A stretch of DNA of 64,000 nt from the human T2T-CHM13v2.0 reference genome, Homo sapiens. The notes beneath the pieces are model-generated. The model did no database searches. It had not been told where the DNA came from and saw only the letters and a program-made list of their open reading frames with translations. The stretch is from the NCBI RefSeq assembly GCF_009914755.1, contig NC_060928.1; one strand, 5' to 3'. Both the position numbers and the translations under genes were made by a program. Below, one piece after another: positions 59,466-64,000 of this stretch. The first letter of the stretch is position 1, and each line of letters begins with the position of its first letter.

Positions 59466-60959
59466 ATCACTCAGCTTTGTTATCAGGCCAGTGCTTATAA
59501 ATAAGATCATAAAGAGAATAGCCTTATTGGGGTGATTCTTTATGGATCTCTCAAGTGTCTGAATGTGTTACAAAGCAAGACACTGACCACCATTTGTTCT
59601 GGATTACTACATTTGTACTAATTTGTTACAGCAGCAATAGGAAAGTAACACAGATATATTCACAAGGCAGGAAATACTGTCCTCTAGATTGTTGAGAGTT
59701 CTTTCTGTGTATGCTGTCTATACTGAATACCTGGCTAAATATGGCCAATTTAAAAATGAAGACACACTGCTAAAAGTTCATTTTTCTAACCTTATCATCT
59801 AAATCAAGCTCAGTAGATACCGACACCAATTTATTTTAGCTCATGTCACAAGCCAATGTGAGTTAAAGACTGAGGTTTCTTCTCCAGAGATCCAGGATCA
59901 CCAATTTAGTGACATCCGTTATTTTCACATGTGTCCAGTGTCAAAAATAGAAAGAGTTGCATATGACCCAGAGGATAGTTTATGCAGAGTGTGGAAGTGG
60001 TGTACATAATTTCTGCTCACACTGCATTACCCAGAATGTGGTCACAAAACCCCACCTATCTATTAGATGTTACTTGCAACGTATTACTTGTATTTTTATT
60101 TTATAGATGAATGTGTGCTGAGAAATACGTAACTTATTGTAAGAAAAATAAATAACTTTTCTAAATGTACACAGCCCTTTATTTAGGGCACCAATTTCCA
60201 TCCAGACAATATAGAATAATAGTTGCAAAGGCCTAGTTTGGAAATACTTTCTTTTGTGTTTTATAAGGTAATGGCAATTTTAAATATAGTCCACTATATA
60301 TACTTTATACTACAATAGAGTTTACTATATTATACACGCTACTAGAATCCAAAATTCTACTAGATTCTTTTGTAATTCTTTATACCTACTTTGTCAGTCC
60401 ATGTATTTGGTCTGAAGAGATCGGTAATCTTACATTGCCCAGGGATTTTTTGTTTCATCCCTCTTTTAGGCTTGTAAGACATGGATCTCAATCGGTATCA
60501 GGTATATTCTCTCCCTACACTTTGTGGATTGATACTGAGTCCAATAACTGATTATTTTTAATAGCAGAGAACTTTCCAAGTACTTACTGAAGATTATGCA
60601 TTCAAATGTACTTATTTTAAAATACAGCATGCTGACGTAAAAGGAAGTCCCCGTTATTTACATAATATGTGTAAGCATATTTTTATCCAAGACAAAATCA
60701 ATCAACCCAAAACAAGAAAAAAATTTTTTAAACTGAAATTTAAAAATACATACTTTAACAGTTAAATATTCTTAGAAACATATGCAACTCACAAGACCAA
60801 AATAAATTATAATTAAATTATGAGAGGCAGATAATTTTAATTTAGGTGAAAGAAGCATCTACTTTCTCTTACAAATTTGAGGGGCTAAAAATGAGAAAGA
60901 CCCTTAAGGAGCACACTATTATCTGTCCTGATATCCATGCCTGGGTGGAGTATCCTTTC

Positions 60960-61170
60960 TATGTGGCTTCATAACACCAAGAATTTCTCTTATCTTAGCA
61001 TTTATCATGCCAGATTATAATTTTCTGTTTACTTCCCTGTATCCTCCAATTATCTGGTAAGCTTCAGAAGGACAAGAATCATGAACCTCTTGTGTATTTC
61101 AGTATCTTCAATGTAATAATAACTGATTGATTTATATATTCAACAAATATTTACTGAATAAGTGAACAAC
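60960..61170 (+). mobile_element. L2 3' end
   Basis: ctggtaagcttcagaaggacaagaatcatg...attcaacaaatatttactgaataagtgaa. Confidence 0.65.
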
Positions 61171-61950
61171 TGATTTAATAAAAAATAACCTAAATATCCC
61201 TAGGCTTCCTTCAATAAATTTACATTAAAATTAAAGAAAAAACATTTGAAGAGAGTATCTCTTTTCTTAAATGCAGTGCAAGCCAGAAGACAGTCATGTT
61301 TATTTAGTGCTTAATATGTTTAAGATGTTCTGCTAGAATGTGATAGCCAATGAAAATATGTATCTTGATACAGTAAAAATAGTTCTATCAGAAAATAAGG
61401 GAAGAATCCAGAATCAGCCATACTACATGTTACAAAACTCCTTTTGGCAATACTGTGCATTCAACTCATTGTGAGTTGAGATCTGAAACAAGATTATATT
61501 TCTCTATTGTCTGCACTCAATCTAGAATTCCTCTCAATAACTTTCCCTTGGGAAAGTGAACTGAATCTACTGGTGTACATTGTGACATGTCCAAATTAAT
61601 TTTTGACCTCTGACCTCTGAAGTTCACTTAATTGACTGCATCTAGGATTATGGTCTCCTCTGTTCACTACAGATCTTCTTTTATCCTTTCCAAATGACCT
61701 CTATCCTCCCATTAATAAAAAGTTAAGTCCTTATAGGAAGTTAATAAAAAGAAAGAAAAGCTTGCAGTATCTGTCTCATGAGATTTGTGATCTAGACAAG
61801 AGATGATAAAAATACTATGAAAGTATATATGAATAATCATATCTTACATATGAGATTTGCTAAATATTAATGAAGCATGGTAATCAAAGACATGAATAAA
61901 GGCAAAGAAACTGTAAGAAAATTGAGTCTTAAAGAAAGGAGAAATAATCT

Positions 61951-62296
61951 TGTTATGGCCTGAATGTTTGTGCCCTCTCAAAATTCATATGTTGAAACCT
62001 AACCCTCAATGCCATAGTATTAAGGGTGAGGACTTAGATTATGGGGACAGAGCCCTCATTAATGGGATTGGGCCCTTATAAAAGAGGCCAAAGAAAGCTT
62101 GTTCATCCCTTCTATCATGTAAGGATACAGTTAGAAGGCGCCATCTATGAGGAACAGATCCTCATCTGACACTGAATCTGCCAGTATCTTGATCTTGGAA
62201 TTCCCAACCTCCAGAATTGTCTGAAATAAATTTACATGTTTTTAAAACTACCCAGTCTGTGGTATTTACTTATAGCAGCCAAAATGGAGTAAAATA
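61951..62296 (+). mobile_element. MLT1A0-like MaLR solo LTR
   Basis: tgttatggcctgaatgtttgtgccc...aaattcatatgttgaaacctaa...ctacccagtctgtggtatttacttatagcagcc. Confidence 0.92.
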
Positions 62297-63205
62297 GATA
62301 TTAAGTGTGGATAAAACATAGTCAAAGAAACAATGAAAATATTAAAACTAGCCACATAAGCATGTTTTATAAAATATAATACTAATATATAATCACTATG
62401 TAATTGAGAGAAGAAAGAAAGCTGGGCATTTACTGTAACCAACATATTTGACAATAGTTTTTTTTTTTTTTACTTCTTTCCAACTCTCCAAGAAAAGAAT
62501 AATAATTTGGGATTGAGTTAGTTTCTCTGCCTATCTTTAAAAGACACTGTGTATATTTAGGCTACAAAATAATTTTCACTCAGTGATGTAGTTGTTATTT
62601 TTGATGAACAGCGTGGAGTTGCTGGATGTGCCTTGCCTGTTAGAAAATCCACAGGAAAAGAGAGTATATGAATGTGCAATTTAATTATCTGAGGATAAAT
62701 CTCTTTGAATATTTTTATTCATACCATGAATACAAAGATAACCTCTTACTTTTATGAGACATTTGTTTTTGCATATCTACTCTAATAATTATTGAAATAA
62801 GATTATGAGAAATAAATGTAGTTTTACAACCCTGCTCCTTTAACCATATTTAAGGGTGTAGAATATTTCCTCTTCACTATTGAAAATACATATCTGACTG
62901 ATTAAAAATTTTAAAGAAGTAGAAGAATATAAATCTTAATTTTTTTTTTATTTTTAACCTATAAACATTCTCATTGTTTTATTTTTAAAATAACCAAACC
63001 TATTAGGGCAGGTATTAGATATGAATGAGTAATGGAAAATTAAATCATGTGATTTAATAAAGTTGTCAAGCTCTACTCCCATAGGCCAGAATTCTGCTTC
63101 CATAAAGTCTGGTGAAAATTTTTTGTGTTCATGACATAAATTTTTTTTGTCCTTAATTATATTTGTTTATTTTTAATGACAAATATTTGTTTTTAATTCT
63201 TCAGC

Positions 63206-63497
63206 TTTTTTTAAATTATTATTATAATTCAAGTTGTAGGGTACATGTGCACAACGTGCAGGTTTGTTACATGTACCATGTTGGTGTGCTGCACCCATTA
63301 ACTCGTCATTTAGCATTAGGTATATCTCCTAGTGCTATCCCTCCCCCCTCCCCCCACCCCACAACAGTCCCCGGTGTGTGATGTTCCCCTTCCTGTGTCC
63401 ATGTGTTCCCATCGTTCAATTCCCACCTATGAGTGAGAACATGCGGTGTTTGTTTTTCTGTCCTTGCGATAGTTTGCTGAGAATGATGGTTTCCAGT
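63206..63497 (-). mobile_element. L1PA3/4-like 3' end
   Basis: agggtacatgtgcacaacgtgcaggtttgttac...ccctcccccctccccccaccccacaacagtcccc...gctgagaatgatggtttccag. Confidence 0.95.
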
Positions 63498-64000
63498 TTT
63501 CATAAGATATAAACTTTTTCATTACGAAATTTTTCTCATTATACTAAAAATTTTGAGAAATAAATGAAAACATTTAAAGTTGTTCAAAAGTGTATTACCT
63601 TTTTAAAAACCAAGTAAATGTAGGAGAATAAAAGTAGTTCCAGGTTTTACTTGAGTCTATAAAATTAATTCTTTTCAATTGATATTTTATGATTTCCTTT
63701 GTATCTAGCATTTTGAACATGTGAAATTAAAATGTCTGTATGGTGCTAGAATAGCCTATCATTTTACCTCATCTTTATTATTGTAGTCATAATCTTTGCA
63801 GTCAGAGGTATTTATAATTGGTATTTGAAAAACATGGAAGCCAAGGCAAATGGGTGTGTGGGCTAAAGTGCCAGGAATGGAATCAAGGTAAATATATTCT
63901 ATGAATATTACAATCAATCAATAAATAGAGTTGGTATCAATACTTGTGCCAGGGACTTTGGATGACTAATATTGTTTATTTATATTAAAGAAACAAAAAA

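Noticed and set aside
63338-63362. G-quadruplex-forming tract on the minus strand
   Set aside because: Standard feature of the L1PA 3'UTR

Overview
AT-rich, CpG-poor human-type genomic DNA. Two AluYa5 elements matching the recalled consensus indicate Homo sapiens. No protein-coding gene, RNA gene or CpG island is supportable; the listed ORFs come from Alu, L1, LTR or microsatellite sequence, or are chance ORFs. The window looks like a gene desert or a deep intron filled with nested repeats: L1PA/PB/M, L2, MIR, Alu J/S/Y/Ya5, MaLR (MST, MLT1), ERVL/ERV1 LTRs, MER2 and Tigger3a. Repeat families were recognised from memory of consensus sequences, so subfamily names and old-element boundaries are approximate. 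The most unusual structure is a ~230-bp element present twice, 2.6 kb apart (~29377-29602 and ~31990-32230); each copy is itself a long imperfect palindrome around a microsatellite core, and I cannot assign it to a known repeat family. Also notable: two identical AluYa5 copies 19,802 bp apart, an L1 that keeps both ends but has two internal deletions, a 19-bp micro-inversion inside an L1, several fold-back insertions, and an old local duplication dated by an AluS insertion. No novel biological system can be claimed from sequence alone.
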